This document shows, one piece after another, positions 13,780 through 28,031 of a stretch of DNA of 64,000 nt. Source of the stretch: Macrostomum lignano (Eukaryota). Below the pieces are notes generated by a model, which made no database searches, was not told where the DNA came from, and worked only from the letters and a program-made list of their open reading frames with translations. The DNA is taken from assembly GCA_002269645.1 (NCBI GenBank), contig NIVC01001813.1, positions 170,559-234,558 on the forward strand. The letters run 5' to 3'. The position numbers and the translations under genes were made by a program. Numbering within the stretch: the first letter of the stretch is position 1; every line of letters begins with the position of its first letter.

Positions 13780-14313
13780 CAATGAAGAATTGTGTCAAGT
13801 TTAAAGTCAATCGCTTTACGTGGAGCAAACTTATGGCAGCTGAAAGTTAGTCAATTTTGAAACCCTTTTACACATCTGGGCCCAGATCGGAAAAGAGAGG
13901 CAGGCGGGCGGAGGTTGGGGTGGTTGCTACGCTGAAAAAACAGCCTAACTTTAAAAGTGCACAGCGGCTTTCAGGATTAACTTTGAGATTTGAAATTTTA
14001 CACGATTGTGTCAAAATAGTTGAAAATTGCCTGTGTCAAATTTGAAGAGAATCGGTAGAAGTGGAGCGGCGCTATGGAGGATTTAGTGAAAAAATCGCGC
14101 ATTTTGAGCAGTTTTTTTTACTTTTAGGTAGGAAGACTTGAGTCTAGGAAATTAAAAGGTAGCCTAAGACATTCTCCGTAGTAAGTTTAGGGTGGGTGTA
14201 AAGTTTGGTGTCATTTGGTTGAGCGGTTTCGGAGTCCATAGCGATCAAAATTGTCCACACACAGACAGACAGACAGACAGACAGACAGAGTTTTGATTTT
14301 TATATGTAGAGAT
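13780..14313 (+). mobile_element. Possible non-autonomous Helitron/Helentron-associated (Lep1/DINE-like) repeat
   Basis: The 3' part aagtttggtgtcatttggttgagcggtttcggag..(acag)n..tttttatatgtagagat resembles the layout of such elements. Boundaries are approximate. Confidence 0.35.
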
Positions 14314-16421
14314 GAGTACTAAGACCTAAGATTTTGAATATTGCCTATTTTTACCTTGAATTTAAAATTTTGAAATTTTAAAAATTTGAACTTCACCTTG
14401 AATGTTATAGTTACAGTAGGCCTATAAAATAGTTTTATAGCATGAGTTAATTTTGACATCTTTATTTTTATATTCTATAGGACAAATGTAAAGGGATCGT
14501 AAGATGAAAGAATGCCATAGTTTTAAAGCATGAGTTAATTTTGACATCTTTATTTTTAATTATAATTTTTATATAGGCCATGGACATAGCTAATAGCATA
14601 TAAAGAGTATATATCTTAGGCATTGATCATAGAAATATTACTTATGAGTGTAGTTTTAATTTGAGATTTTTATTAATCTTTTTTATGGGTTAGGACACAG
14701 AAAAGTTGCATAGAAATGGCACATAGATAGTGCATAGATTTCCTTCTAAAAATGTATTCTGCAGTTCATATTATTATCTTGATTATGGATTGGTAAAAAT
14801 AGAGCTATAAAAGAGTTGAAGTAATAATTAAGCTGTTTCACTGTGTCTGTATTATGGCTGTAATCTCTTTGCCTATAGGAGCAGATCTAGAAAACATTTG
14901 AGGTGGCCAACCTATATGATATTAAGCCATTTTAAAAATAATATAGTAGCTAAAAATTATAAAATATAGTGAAGTACATGGTAACAATTTCATATACTTG
15001 TAGTATAGACATGTATAGTGAAGTGACGGTTGTCTGGTTTGTGAGCTGGGTAACTGTGGGGGGCTTGTTTATTTAACTTCGCTTAGTCACCTTGTTTGCA
15101 GCTTGCAATCTGCGTGTACTCAGTAAATCATTGTGTACTCTATGCGTACTCTACTCTGTTCCACGTGCATCATTGCGCTAGCCATTGCCTCACCCCTTAA
15201 GTCTCTACCATTTTGTACTCTCTCCACTCACGGTGTCAGTGCATCTGTGAAATCCAATATTTACAATATTTAAGCTATTTCTCTCGGTCTTCAACTCATC
15301 AAGTACCTAAGCTATTTTACAAATATATCGCAAGCATTCACATTCGTTGTTAAACAACAATCAGCTCCTGACTTTCGCATCATGTCATATAGAATGTATG
15401 TGTACTAGGGATTTTTTCTCTATATTTACGAATTGTCCTAAAGCTGTTACTGAGTTGTACTAGGGCTATACTTCTTTCTATATTAAATGTCCTATTGTTG
15501 TTGGCTGCCACCAAGACTATTCTATTAATAAATTATAATCCGAGTCTAAGTATATATCCAAGTATTTGTCTGGTTATTTATCTAAGCATTAGTCTGAGTA
15601 TATACTACTATTTAGCCATTACAAGTATCATTCTTCTGTTATTCTAGTAGTGTTCTACTAGTAATTTGGCCTGAGTGGTGTATTGGTCTACGGGTATGTG
15701 TACTTTATGTATTTCTAGTCCCAGGCATTACCAAGATCAAAGGGTCACAGCCTCTGTTTATTCTTGTATGTATCAATTTAGGATCTACTTTGTTTTTTTC
15801 TACTACTTTACCTCTCAGTAGTATATACTATATATGCTTTGGTCTATTTCACTCTACTCTGCAAATAATTGACTTGAAATACACTTCTTGAATATTTCTT
15901 GAAAACTCACTATTATATGTTCACTATTAATCTTGCTTTGAGACTTGAGTCCGCAAACAAAGTTGCCTCTTCTGGCTCCAAAAACTCATCTATTTATACT
16001 AGCTTTGATTGTTGTTTGAAACAAAAAATAAATTAGAGAAATATTTCTGAAAATATGAATAGTAAAAAAGTTTTTCTTAGTTTTGTGCGAGTTTGAAATG
16101 CGTACAGACAGATGATTTTGTACATAAAATGAGAGGGGCTTTTTACACATGTATATCATACAATTCTACCTCATATTATACCACACCAAGCTATGGTTAA
16201 ATAAATGGGAGATTCAAGCAAAAACCCTTTATTGTTAATTAAAATGCCAAAAAACCTTTTTGGTAGGTTTGGGCCAACAAAACCTTTTTGGTAGGTTTGG
16301 GCCAACAAAACCTTTTTGGGATATCATGTGTAGCACTATGCAATGTGCATTTATGCCATTAATTCTGGCCCCAATTCTGATCATATAAACAATTAAATTA
16401 AATCATTGTTTTCTGTCAGAC

Positions 16422-17129
16422 TTGACTCATCAGGGTTCAGGCATTGTTGCCACTAGCCAATCAGGCTTGGAATCTGTGGCTGCCATTGTGCAAGAAATTC
16501 TAGCTCTACAATTGCGGCGGTGCTTGGCTCATGACCAGCTGAGTAGGGCATTTCGTCGTTATCTTAGTTCTGCTACTGACACAGGAGCTGGCGCTGACTC
16601 AGGTGCCATCGTGAGCACAAGTGCCAATGGTCACAATGGGAGCCCAGCTGACACAGGAGCTGGCGCTGACTCAGGTGCCATCGTGAGCACAAGTGCCAAT
16701 GGTCACAATGGGAGCCCAACTGACACAGGAGCTGGCGCTGACTCAGGTGCCATCGTGAGCACAAGTGCCAATGGTCACAATGGGAGCCCAGCTGCCGCAA
16801 ACGCAGAGACAGTTTACCTGACTGCCATCCAAGAGTGCACCACCCAGTTCGGCAGCATTTCCAATGACTTCCTGGAGCTGATGCGGCGGCTCAGGCAGCT
16901 GGACAGCGACTCCGCGGTCAGTCAGCGGCCTGCTGAGCTGCTACTGCGGCACGCTGAGAAGCTGCAAGACTTGGAGGCCCAGCGACTCCGCGTCACTGTA
17001 GACTGGCAGCACGCCGCTTGCCGATGCACGGACGATTCAGATGAGCATCAGCTGCGGCTGCATCTGCGCCAGCTCGCTGATGAACTCGACGAGGTTGTGG
17101 AAGCCGTCAAACTGGACTTTGATGACTGA
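16422..17129 (+). CDS. REX1BD: REX1BD/C19orf60-like protein with a 3x24-aa insert; start exon uncertain (candidate ATG 16244, phase-1 intron 16263-16419)
   Basis: ILALQLRRCLAHDQLSRAFRRYL, YLTAIQECTTQFGSISNDFL, HAEKLQDLEAQRLRVTV and the C-terminal EVVEAVKLDFDD align by eye with the REX1-B family pattern. Confidence 0.7.
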   Translation: MTHQGSGIVATSQSGLESVAAIVQEILALQLRRCLAHDQLSRAFRRYLSSATDTGAGADSGAIVSTSANGHNGSPADTGAGADSGAIVSTSANGHNGSPTDTGAGADSGAIVSTSANGHNGSPAAANAETVYLTAIQECTTQFGSISNDFLELMRRLRQLDSDSAVSQRPAELLLRHAEKLQDLEAQRLRVTVDWQHAACRCTDDSDEHQLRLHLRQLADELDEVVEAVKLDFDD

Positions 17130-17184
17130 CGATGTCGGATGCTGATCAATTGATTGTTTATTGATAACTGTCGCTTTTAATCGT

Positions 17185-17375
17185 CAGGGGCGTCGCCATT
17201 GATTTTATGGTGGGGGAACAAAGGGAACAAGGGAGGGGGGTGACTATTAAATGCCTACATGTACCTGTACATTATTTTTAGAATCGGTGTTTACAGCGCT
17301 CATTTTGGCGCCACAGGCACTCATTTTGGCGTCACAGGCCCTCATCCTTATTTTGGTGCTGCAGGTGCGGGCCCA
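17185..17375 (-). mobile_element. Partial copy of the 24976 hAT MITE family
   Basis: caggggcgtcgccattgattttatggtggggg is the reverse complement of that element's right end. It also shares the cactcattttggcgccacagg subrepeats. Confidence 0.7.
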
Positions 17376-18490
17376 TGACAATTGCCCGCCGATATTTGCC
17401 TGCAGTGCAGATTTTGTCTGCATTGCCCTCCAATGTTTAGTACAGTGTATGTCTTAATAGAGATTTACCCGATCCTCATACCAACGTTTTAATCACAGAA
17501 TATACTATGCGTTTTGATAGTAACTGTATATCAAATTCATATTTTCTTGTAGGCATTCCCCAGTTCTATATACTGTACATACATGCAGCGGTACAGTACA
17601 TGATTCATGCCGTGTCGCTTTGTCCCCCAAATCTATTTATTAAGACTGCGGTACTCCGGATTGGGGGTGGCAATGCAGACAGAATCTATAATGCGCTGCT
17701 GGAAAAAAATTTCTGAGCAAACCTCGGCGAGCTTTTTGTACATATCTGGTTGCCTGTATTTCTACATAACAATGAATTGAAGTTGTTCTGTTGAGACTTA
17801 CGACAATTAATTCAAATACAAATACATTAAAATATCCATGTTGATCTTTTAAAAAAATTGCATTTCATTAGAATCATGTCAATCAGTTGCAAGCTTTGTT
17901 GATCCAGTAATGTCTACTTCATGGTTTAGCCCGAATAGCTTTTAGAATGTACACACGCACAATGCATGTGCAAGAATATTTAATTTCCGGCTTAAATGTG
18001 ATACAGTATGTGAAAGTACGTATTTATTAATTCGCTTCCAAATTCACAAGCATTGTAGGTCTTAAATTGCGATCTGGGTTAACTAAGAACCGCAAGACTG
18101 TCCCAGTCACAAGACTGAGCATTCATTTGGTGACTCTAAAAGGGCCGTTTTATTTTTACTAGTCCTCTACTAGATTAACGGAATAGTAGTAATAACTAGG
18201 GCCTAACCTCATTGATTAAATGAAGAATTGCTGCCAGAAATGGTTATTTCAATTGTAGGTTTAGTATTACATTTAAAATTTGATGCGGCAATGCTCATGC
18301 TGTCTGTAGTGTAGCTGCATTGTAGACTGAAATTGGCCCTACGTGTCGTGTTGCAATGTATTTACATGTAAACATGCAGTTAAGCATATTAACCAGTTTT
18401 AGTATCAATAAATTTAAAACAGACTTCCACAAACGACGAACAGGAGCAGTTTTTAACGAAGAACGACAGCAAGCACAATCCGTATGTGGT

Positions 18491-18506
18491 GGCCCTGAAA
18501 AGGGCC
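18491..18506 (-). terminator. Histone mRNA 3' stem-loop of H2B
   Basis: aaaacGGCCCTTTTCAGGGCCacca on the minus strand, ~80 nt after the stop. Confidence 0.95.
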
Positions 18507-18586
18507 GTTTTATCGTTCAGATTAGATTAGCCTAGGCACGGCTAGTTGATCGCCACTTTTACCAGACGCCTTGCAAATTGCAAAGT

Positions 18587-18952
18587 TTACTTGGCGCTGG
18601 TGTACTTAGTGACGGCCTTGGTGCCCTCGCTGACGGCGTGCTTGGCCAGCTCGCCAGGCAGCAGCAGGCGGACAGCAGTCTGGATCTCGCGGCTGCTGAT
18701 GGTGCTGCGCTTGTTGTAGTGAGCCAGACGGCTGGCCTCGCCGGCGATGCGCTCGAAGACGTCATTGACGAAGCTGTTCATGATCATCATCGCCTTGCTG
18801 GAGATGCCAGTGTCCGGGTGCACCTGGCGCAGCACCTTGTAGATGTAGATTGCGTAGGACTCCTTCCTACGCCTCTTCCTCTTCTTGTCCGTCTTCGGAG
18901 CCTTGGCCTTGCTAGCCTTCTTGGCAGCTTTACCACTAACCTTAGGAGGCAT
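18587..18952 (-). CDS. H2B: Histone H2B (replication-dependent, intronless)
   Basis: [63 protein letters not shown]. The ATG is at 18952, not at the ORF-track start. Confidence 0.99.
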   Translation of the reverse strand: MPPKVSGKAAKKASKAKAPKTDKKRKRRRKESYAIYIYKVLRQVHPDTGISSKAMMIMNSFVNDVFERIAGEASRLAHYNKRSTISSREIQTAVRLLLPGELAKHAVSEGTKAVTKYTSAK

Positions 18953-19351
18953 TTCAACCGGATTTTCTAAAGTGATACAAACGAGAAAATATGTGATCAA
19001 ATTGAGTGCAACTGCTCTTACTATTTTCACACTTTATTATATATTCTGGGTAGGTGGACCAGAAAACGAAATTTTATTAAGATCGATAATTTCAAACTTT
19101 GTATCAGCCAATGAGGGAGCTCCAAATTTCTAGCCTTGGTAATAAGAGTAATTTTCTTATCACACTACTATTAGTGGCATGTAAAGTTTTTTTCTTTAAG
19201 GTCTTGGCGAAAAACGGCAGAAAAAAGGTTGAAGAAACAAAGAAAAAAGTAACTTGGTAAATGGTAATGGATACTTATTTCAGTGGCGGCGCAGGGGGGG
19301 GGCAGCTGCCCTCGGGTGACCACAGGTCACTGCCTTAAGGGGGGTGACCAC

Positions 19352-19724
19352 GGGTCGCTTTCACAAGCCCTAAATTTCACAACGTCGCAAGACAAAAACT
19401 TTCATAAGCTCTAAATTTCATAAACCCTAATTTTCACATCGTCGAAAAGTTGTGCACAGTATTTCATAAGCTCTAAATTTCACAAGCTCTAAATTTCACA
19501 ACGTCGAAAACAAAACTTGCATCAGACTGCATAAACTATAAATTTCAGGGTTTGTGAAATTTAGGGTTTGTGAAATTTAGAGATAGTGAAATTTAGGGCT
19601 TTTGAAATTCTGTGCATGCCTTTTAGGTGTTATGAAATTTAGGGCTTGTGAAATTTAGGTCTTGTGAAATCTGCTGCATTGCTTATTTTCGACGTTGTGA
19701 AAATTAGGGTTTGTGAAACGACCC
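19352..19724. mobile_element. Foldback/MITE-like element with long inverted repeats of aaatttagggtttgtg-type subunits
   Basis: gggtcgctttcacaagccctaaatttcacaacgtcg .. cgacgttgtgaaaattagggtttgtgaaacgaccc. No clear TSD. Confidence 0.75.
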
Positions 19725-20330
19725 TATCGAATTGGCTTCTATTGCTTTAGGCTCGTTCACAGGTTTTTGAATAATAAAATTACATTAGTCTGCGGGTACA
19801 CTGTTACACCTAAAATCTTACGATCTGCCAACAGCTTCAGTTTTATATCCCTGCAGCCCTAGCCTTCTCACTAGCCTGCATGCTCAAAATATGAATAAAT
19901 CAAAGCAAAAAAAATTAAATGGGTGATGATTTTCACCTGACTAATATTGTCCATTAGGAGCTCCCACTGTGTTGGGTTGGTTTTTAAGTTTGGTGGAAGT
20001 GGTGAGGATGGGGATAATAGCCCAGCTGCAGATATACTATACTACTCGAGAATGGAATGATTGAATTATTGCAAACCGGGATCAGGATCCCGATGGTCAA
20101 TTTCGGGATTTTCGAATCCTGGACAATTGTGATCCCGGAATTTCGGGATCCCGAGCGATTGATTTGTATTCCCTACGCTGCACACTGCCAACAAAACCGG
20201 CCTGAGCTTGCATGGTGTCAGGGGTCCTCTTTGTACATGTAATTTGTTGGCTTTAAAAATGTTTCTTTTATTGCTACAAAGATCAAGTTGCAAAGCGTAT
20301 GGCATACTTTAAATGCAATTTGGCTTACGG

Positions 20331-20564
20331 CAGGGATGGGCAAGACTCCGGCCCACAAACCCCTCTATTCGGCCCTCAGGTCTTAAAGTCCTTTGAAACT
20401 TCACGATATCAATCCATCTCGCTTAAGGTCTCTCTAGTATTCTCTCGCCTCTCCTCTCTTTCCATTCCTTCCCTCTCTGTACCTTTCTCCCATTCTCTGG
20501 CCCGCAGTCAAGCTAGCTAGATTCTCTATCTCGCTTGCGGTATTAAAGTTATTGCGGACCCCTG
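20331..20564 (+). mobile_element. hAT (Buster-like) MITE, short form
   Basis: TIRs cagggatgggcaa/ttgcggacccctg. 8-bp flanks gcttacgg/gtgtacgg with central TA. Short CT-rich core. Confidence 0.75.
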
Positions 20565-21386
20565 GTGTACGGACGGTGACGGTCGTCAAAAACAATAGCT
20601 ACTGGGTATTTGAGCTGCATAAGGATTTATTGCATTTGAGATTTTGGTTTCCACATGTACTAATACACTGCAGCTGCAGTTTAAAACATCACGTACTGGT
20701 AGCCAGGTAGCGGGAAACGGGGATACATGCGCGTCATGTAGGGTGCTTTTAGTTCGCTGTAGAATCGCTGCTAATTAATTTTGCCGTGAAAATCGGCATA
20801 CTTTAAAATTTGCGGTTACCTGAAAAGGGCCGTTTTAGCGTTCAATTCAAATTGTAAGTGCTTATCCCCATGGTCCCATGCCGATAATTCTAATTTAATC
20901 CACTTCCACACGGATCTGTATCAATAATTATGCTAGACTAGCATCTAATGATAAGCCGAGGATGAACTAACTGCCTATACTGGCTATAGTTTTCCACTTA
21001 TCAGATTGACATTCGTAAAGCTTCTCAGAAATAAGGAGCATTAGGGATATATCTAGAATCATCTTAATTTTGTATTGTAATGAGCTAAAAATTTAATTTT
21101 ACTAATAAATTGCTGTACTTAATTGCATCAAGGTAACAAACCATACATGTAGACTAGACTTAAATGCATGTATTATAGATTCACTAGATTTAGAACTAGA
21201 TAGAATTCGGATGCAGAATTTAAATGCCTATTTTATTGTCAGATAAGTCATACGTAATTCTAGAGTGTCAACACAAATATGTGTATTAGTTTAGCAGCTT
21301 GGAAGTTAGGTCGTGCCTAGTGGCTGTGCTGCTGTAGTGCAAGTCATAGTTTTGTCTTGTGATTTACGACATCATTTAATTGTGGT

Positions 21387-21402
21387 GGCCCTGAAAAGGG
21401 CC
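21387..21402 (-). terminator. Histone mRNA 3' stem-loop of H3
   Basis: aaaacGGCCCTTTTCAGGGCCacca on the minus strand. Confidence 0.95.
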
Positions 21403-21485
21403 GTTTTAGCGTTCAATTCAAATTATGCTAGACTAGCATCTAATGATAAGCCGCGGATGAACTGCCTAATGAATTCAAAGGCAGC

Positions 21486-21920
<435 letters not shown>

Positions 21921-23612
21921 TTAGGTAGGTGGCTGATGGTTGAAGATAGTTAAAAGTTTATAACTTCAATTGTGCGCAGACTATGCTTTATATGTAGTCT
22001 GTACTCATTAGTATAATTTATTACAACAGTTCTGATTGGCTAAGAAAAAAGTTAAAATATTCAACGAACCTTTTCATCTTTCTTTACTAACAGTAGGCAA
22101 TGCCTAATTCAAAATTTAGTGTTTGGCCCTGCCGCCTAAGGGCCCTAGGCCACTGAGGCCAGAATCAACACTAAAAAGGCTTTTAACAACTTCTTTACAA
22201 CCAATTTACAATTTTTTAATTTCACATTTTAAGCCATTGATTGCACAATCCACATTCCCGCCAGACTTAAACAGTTGTATTTTTGTCCAAAGGCAAAGGT
22301 ATTACTATCAGATATCAAAGTATAATGATCATTACGTACTCTCCAATCCAAATAATTAACCAATTCTCACTTTTAGACCACCAGAATGCGTCCATTTCAT
22401 CGAAGTTTCGAAATGCTACTTTTTATCTCGTAGTGGCCTCAGGAACTTAGGAATCGAAAAACCATTCTTCGATTGATGCGCTGTGTTCATGTTCATGGTT
22501 TGTTGGGGAAGCTATACAAAGCGCACACTCGTTGAAAATGGCAATTTATAACGCATGAGTTGTAGTGTTAATGTGTTTAATGTGTAATAATGATAACTGT
22601 ATGATGCATGTGCAATGCATTGCAAGTACTGTAAGGGTATATGTACACCGGTACATGTTAATTGCATACCACTTTCTAAGCAATTTAATGAATTATGTAC
22701 GAAAGTACGAGCTACATGTGCAGACGGCAACGGCAAGGTTAAGAGAAAATAAGTAATACTGTACATGTATTAAACAGTCATTATGGTTGGATTGTCCGCG
22801 GATAACCCCGGCTTTTATGCTACCGACATCCTGATTAATTATTAGTAAAAAAGTCACGCAGTTCATCGCTATTCTCGCATTTATACTGTTATTCTGAAGT
22901 ATGTTATGTATGACTTACAAAATTCTTCGCCCTTAAAAGGGCCGTTTTAGCATTTATTTAAGATAACGTAACCGGTCACTAACATCTAGCAAGACCCGTG
23001 CATCGGTTTATTGCAGATTTCAAATTTAAACAATTACACGCCAGCACAATTTTTTGGATACTTAGATAAACTACACAAGCATTCAAAGCTGTTTTTACTC
23101 TTGAGAGTCAGTCTACCAAGACAAGCAGAACCTGGATTAGATTTACATTGACATTTGACTGGGCTAAATGGCCTAGAAAATTTTTACATTATCCTGACTC
23201 GTTGAACCATTAAATTAGTCAGACTAGGATCCAGAATAAATCTTGAATTTGAGTCTTACTTGCTCGACTTGAAGTTTTTAACCAAGTCCAAATGCTATGC
23301 ATTCTTTAAATTTCGCATATTTTTATTTTTAGTTGAACTTTTGAGAGAGTTTAATGGGCTATACAGATGCAATGAAGATAATAAGAATGTATTTCTGCAA
23401 TGCTTTTGCGGCTGTCTCATGTTATTGTTATCTTGGGTGAGTATGCAGAGATGCAGACTACATCGATTTCCATACCAGCGATTAAAAGGACAAGTCACAG
23501 GACTGACTTAGGCTAAGCGATACTGTATGTGAAATGTTTACAATTTTATACAATCGTCAATCGAGATTAACACGAACAGGATGAAGACACGACTACATCA
23601 TCTTAATGTGGT

Positions 23613-23628
23613 GGCCCTGAAAAGGGCC
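23613..23628 (-). terminator. Histone mRNA 3' stem-loop of H2A
   Basis: aaaacGGCCCTTTTCAGGGCCacca on the minus strand. Confidence 0.95.
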
Positions 23629-23732
23629 GTTTTAACGTTCTTAAGAGCGCAGCAATTACTTGCTGTCGCTGTCTGGCTGGGATCTAGCAAAAGATGCGCT
23701 CAGCCTTATAGCGTCCGTTATGCGTAGACTGT

Positions 23733-24146
<414 letters not shown>

Positions 24147-24975
24147 CTACGGTTAAGAGTTGTATAGCAGTATGGAAACGCTCCTCTGTGAAATATATAG
24201 GCTCTTGTTCCTACAAATAATCTTAGCAACGGTTAGCAACGGGGCTGAATTCTGATTGGTTAAGAAGTTTCTAAGTTAAGACAAAAATTAGCAAGTAAAA
24301 TTTTACTTGTTACTCTACTAACAGTAACACAATAAGAACACGTTAATTTTGCAAATTTGCAAACATTCTTGAATTAGATGGATACATTGCAATTTATATT
24401 TTTTTATTCACAGAGCCGGGTAAACATGCAAAACAAAAATTGTACTTAATCTCTCCCCGACTGTCGAGTTGCACAAAAAATTGGTTGACACGTAGCTTTT
24501 CCGAGTCGGACAATGCTGTATAAAAACATGAGATAAAATTTCTTAGCTGACGAAATTTTTTTAGCTGACGAAAGCATTGGCATTTAGGAATCTTTTAGGA
24601 CCACCGAGGCCTTAAATTTGACCCGAGGGCCCAGCTGCAACGCCGTCCAAAATCCTGAGGGCCTCGTGATTCAGGCCGAGAGTTACTGTCAGCCTGTACA
24701 GGAGTCCTGCTGCTAACCTTAACTACAGAACCCGTTCATGATGCGTTGTTTGATGTCGTCTGCCCGAATTTACTTTTCAGTGTGGCGTCTTTTGTTGTCA
24801 TTTTTAGAAAGCAGAGTCAAGGAATTTTTTAATTGTGATGAAATTAAGTGATTTGCAATAGTCATCCTATGGGTTTGATGTGATTGTGCATTGCCATTTA
24901 AAAGCACTCTATACAAGTTAAATGTAAACAACTATCAGCACACAGCTTTTGTTCACATAACTGCATCACTGCCAG

Positions 24976-25366
24976 CAGGGGCGTCGCCAACGGGGGGGAC
25001 AGGGGGGGCATGTCCCCCCAGTAAAAGATCTGGGGGGCATGCCAATGCTTTGTCCTCCCCACCACACTTTGTGGCCCTTTGTGCAAATCAATAATTTTGC
25101 TGCATGGCGACAAAACACAGCACCTGCAGCGCTAAAATGAGTGTTTGTGGCGCTAAAATGAGTCCCTGTGGCGCTGAAATGGTGCCTGCGGCGCTAAAAT
25201 AAATGCTTGTGGCGCTATAATGAGTCCCTGTGGCGCTAAAATGAGTGCTGACAACACCGATTCTGAAAAGAATGTACATGTAGGAATTTAGTCGTTTACA
25301 TGGATGTACATGTAGAATTCTTGGCTTTGTCCCCCCCCCACCATAAAATCCATGGCGACGCCCCTG
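24976..25366 (+). mobile_element. hAT-superfamily MITE
   Basis: 14-bp perfect TIR caggggcgtcgcca/tggcgacgcccctg. Perfect 8-bp TSD actgccag at 24968-24975 and 25367-25374. Confidence 0.93.
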
Positions 25367-25930
25367 ACTGCCAGCATGCACGAGAGTATATATAGACACT
25401 TTTACCCTTAGGCCAATGTACTTTATTAACCTTATAGAGCAAGTGTACTTATACCTAGGGATTGCAAAATCCCGGTTTTTTGCGATCCCGGGATCTCGGG
25501 ATTTAATCCCGTAGTAATATTTTTAAAAAAAATATGCGCTTAACGTATTTTTGCTTCCATTTTTGATTGTTATAGAGATAATGATCTTTTGTATATGAAA
25601 AACAGCATTATCTTGTGACGTATTTAAGTAAGTAGTATAAAAGTACTGTTAGTAGTACAGAAGCTAATCATATATCAAAATTTACATTGGAATACATTTC
25701 ACATTTGAATCTACATGTATTTTCGCAGAGCGATTGACTGCAGCTCACTGCAAATGACGAAATTATAAGCCTTTCCAACTCTCGCTCAGACGCGGCGGGG
25801 TCTTAAGGGTGGTGGCTGATTATTAGTTGTTGCTGAGGCCTGAGAGTATAAACTCGATATACCTTACACACTCTGACAAGGAACATTAATTGCAAATTGC
25901 TAACAATTGAATCTGTTTTCAAACTATAAC

Positions 25931-26311
<381 letters not shown>

Positions 26312-26368
26312 AACTATGACAAGTTTGAGCTACATGTAGCCAGCGAGTAGAAAGCTTTCAGTTAAAAC

Positions 26369-26384
26369 GGCCCTTTTAAGGGCT
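26369..26384 (+). terminator. Histone stem-loop of the frameshifted H2B
   Basis: aaaacGGCCCTTTTAAGGGCT. Confidence 0.8.
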
Positions 26385-26961
26385 ATATATTAATGTAGCC
26401 ATGGAATACAAAGTTTAAATATTTTAATCTCATCTGCGTTATCAAATGTCTTACTAAGCTATTAAAATATTAATATTGAACGATCTGTGCTTCGCTCGGA
26501 CTGATTAATTATATGCAATTATATGAGTAACAGTTTTAAATGAATCAGATTTTTTTCTAAATGCTAAAAATGAGTTGCGTTGGCCTACTGTTTTTTAAAT
26601 TAAGATTTGGCAAAAGAAACAAATCCGACAAACGGAACAGTCCGATAATTTCTCAGATCGCCGGCAAAGGCACAGAGAGACAGAAGTGGAAAAGCAGTTG
26701 CAGAGCATAAAATGAAGTTATAATTTTGTGTAAAAGCGACAGCTTTGCCAGCTCAGCAAACGCTTCGTTGCCGAAAGTTGGTTAAAAACAGAAATGCCTT
26801 CCGGAGTAAAAAGACGAATTAATTTCTCAAACAAGCATCAATAAAGTACAGTTTGACAGACGGATAAGGCAATTTGTACCCACGGATGCAAGAGGCGAAT
26901 ATCTAGGAATTGCACACGACAGAGCAGATCATGAAGATAATAACAAAAAACTCGTTTTGAG

Positions 26962-27381
26962 CAGGGGTCGGCAATTTTTAACCCAAGAGTCAGATAGAGA
27001 CTGCGGGCTGGAGGAGAGGAGAGGAGAGGAGAGGGGAGGATTAGAGAGAGGGGAGGATTGGAGAGGGGAGGATTGGAGAGGGGAGGATTGGAGAGGGGAG
27101 GATTGGAGAGGGGAGGATTGGAGAGGAGAGGAGAGGAGAGGAGAGGAGAGGAGAGGAGAGGAGAGGAGAGGAGAGGAGAGGAGAGGAGAGGAGAGGAGAG
27201 GAGAGGAGAGGAGAGGAGAGGAGAGGAGAGAAGAGAGGAGATTAGATAGGAGAGCTGAGAAGAGACACAAGCCTTGAGCGGGCCGGATCGGTATTGTGCA
27301 GTTTCAAAGGATCCGAGGGCTGGACAGAGAGGCTTCGCGGTCGGCGTGTAAGACCCGTAGGCCGAAGTTCGCCGACCCCTG
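26962..27381 (-). mobile_element. hAT (Buster-like) MITE with an internal (GAGAG)n array
   Basis: TIRs caggggtcggcaa/ttcgccgacccctg. Flanks gttttgag/gttcagag (6/8). Confidence 0.8.
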
Positions 27382-28031
27382 GTTCAGAGTTAACAAAGAG
27401 AAAAATCAAGCTTTGCCTCATGTGAGGAGTGAATTAAAAGTACAAAAGGGAATTGAAAGCTGAGGCAATAACAGCGCGCTGGCAGGGGCACAAGTCACCA
27501 CAAGCCCTAAAGAGGCTTGAAGTCGGTGAAGATCAGGTGTAGAAACGGCAAAACTTCCAGAGGCAGCAGATAGTAAGGAAAAATTGGTTAAAAAGTTTAA
27601 ACAACGAATAAACAAAACATGTTGGCTGTTGTATTTGCGTTCTAAGTCTAATAAAAAGTGTCGTTAGTTTAAAACGGCCCTTTTAAGAACACACTCAATG
27701 TCGGCTACGAATGGCCAAAGAACAGATGATTACAAGTAGGGCCAGGACAAGGACGGAAAGAGCACGCAGAAAATTTTTATTAAATTTAAAGGCACAGACA
27801 GCACAAGAACCGATTTACTTGAAGTGTTCGATTTTTCTACGAAAGAGTTGCCAAAGAGTTGCAATGAGTCTGAAGCGGTTCTGGTTGCGGTAACGTTTTC
27901 AACGGGATGAAGCCCAGTATGGCAACCGAATGCGTATCAATTTTCAGAATAATTTAGCAGCTTGAGATGAAAATTGCATTATAGGATTTTTAAAATCTAA
28001 CAAAAACGGCCCTTCTCAGGGCGGTCCCACG

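Noticed and set aside
15010-15360. Possible solo LTR
   Set aside because: TG..CA ends can be chosen, but there is no TSD, PBS or second copy to support it.
18953-19030. N-terminal extension of H2B from the ORF track
   Set aside because: Upstream in-frame sequence; the conserved start is MPPK at 18952.
20070-20160. GGGAT/ATCCC palindromic patches (also ~11440-11480 and 25455-25510)
   Set aside because: Probably fragmentary MITE ends; no matching partner ends or TSDs could be defined.
27700-27960. Possible decayed H3/H4 gene before the orphan stem-loop
   Set aside because: Only a weak SEAVLVA versus SEAYLVG resemblance; not enough to call.
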